64,000 bases of DNA from Candidatus Adlerbacteria bacterium RIFOXYC1_FULL_48_26 (GTDB lineage: Bacteria > Patescibacteriota > Minisyncoccia > Phycocordibacterales > SBAW01): positions 10,217 through 74,216 of the forward strand of contig MEXB01000004.1 of assembly GCA_001773575.1 (NCBI GenBank), given 5' to 3'. Positions 63,839-64,000 of this stretch are shown here, one piece after another (position 1 is the first letter of the stretch; each line of letters begins with the position of its first letter). The notes under the pieces were generated by a model. It saw only the letters and a program-made list of their open reading frames with translations, was not told the DNA's origin and did no database searches. A program made the position numbers and the translations under genes.

Positions 63839-64000
63839 ATGTCTGAAGAAAAAGGTTTCAAATTGTCTGCACCAGTAGCAATACTCCTTGCAGGTATTAT
63901 CATTGCAGCAGCCGTAGTTTTTACTAGCAAGCCTGCAGCTCCAGCTGAGGGTGCTGGACTTACGCCCCCTACAGTTTCTGTTAAAGATATCCGTCCACCA
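63839..64000 (+). CDS. 5' end of a membrane-anchored protein, probably DsbA-like (partial)
   Basis: MSEEKGFKLSAPVAILLAGIIIAAAVVF...DIRPP; TATAAT lies 6 nt upstream. The catalytic CxxC is not within the window. Confidence 0.55.
   Translation, partial: MSEEKGFKLSAPVAILLAGIIIAAAVVFTSKPAAPAEGAGLTPPTVSVKDIRPP

Overview
This is a compact bacterial chromosome segment spanning the replication origin (jag-yidC-rnpA-rpmH / dnaA-oriC-dnaN). Gene content and order point to a Patescibacteria (CPR) genome of the Parcubacteria/Paceibacteria type. Those markers are NYN-pnp, comM, pcrA-rsmA, a VirB4/PrgI/VirB6/pilin cluster beside oriC, a short YebC and no biosynthetic pathways. The standard genetic code is used, since TGA ends dnaA. 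The window holds about 65 CDS, 7 tRNAs, a type II restriction-modification pair and several orphan genes. The most notable items are: (1) a family of 57/72-bp covarying palindromic elements inserted in-frame in four protein genes (pnp, holA and two hypothetical genes); (2) a second double-hairpin element found inside comM and inside a duplicated tRNA-Val fragment; (3) an unannotated ~150-210 nt rod-shaped ncRNA with a near-consensus sigma70 promoter and its own terminator, a 6S-like candidate; (4) pervasive leaderless gene architecture in core genes versus Shine-Dalgarno-led orphan genes; (5) a stand-alone DnaA domain IV protein next to an acyl-carrier-like protein. All calls come from reading the sequence and recalling protein families; no searches were run.
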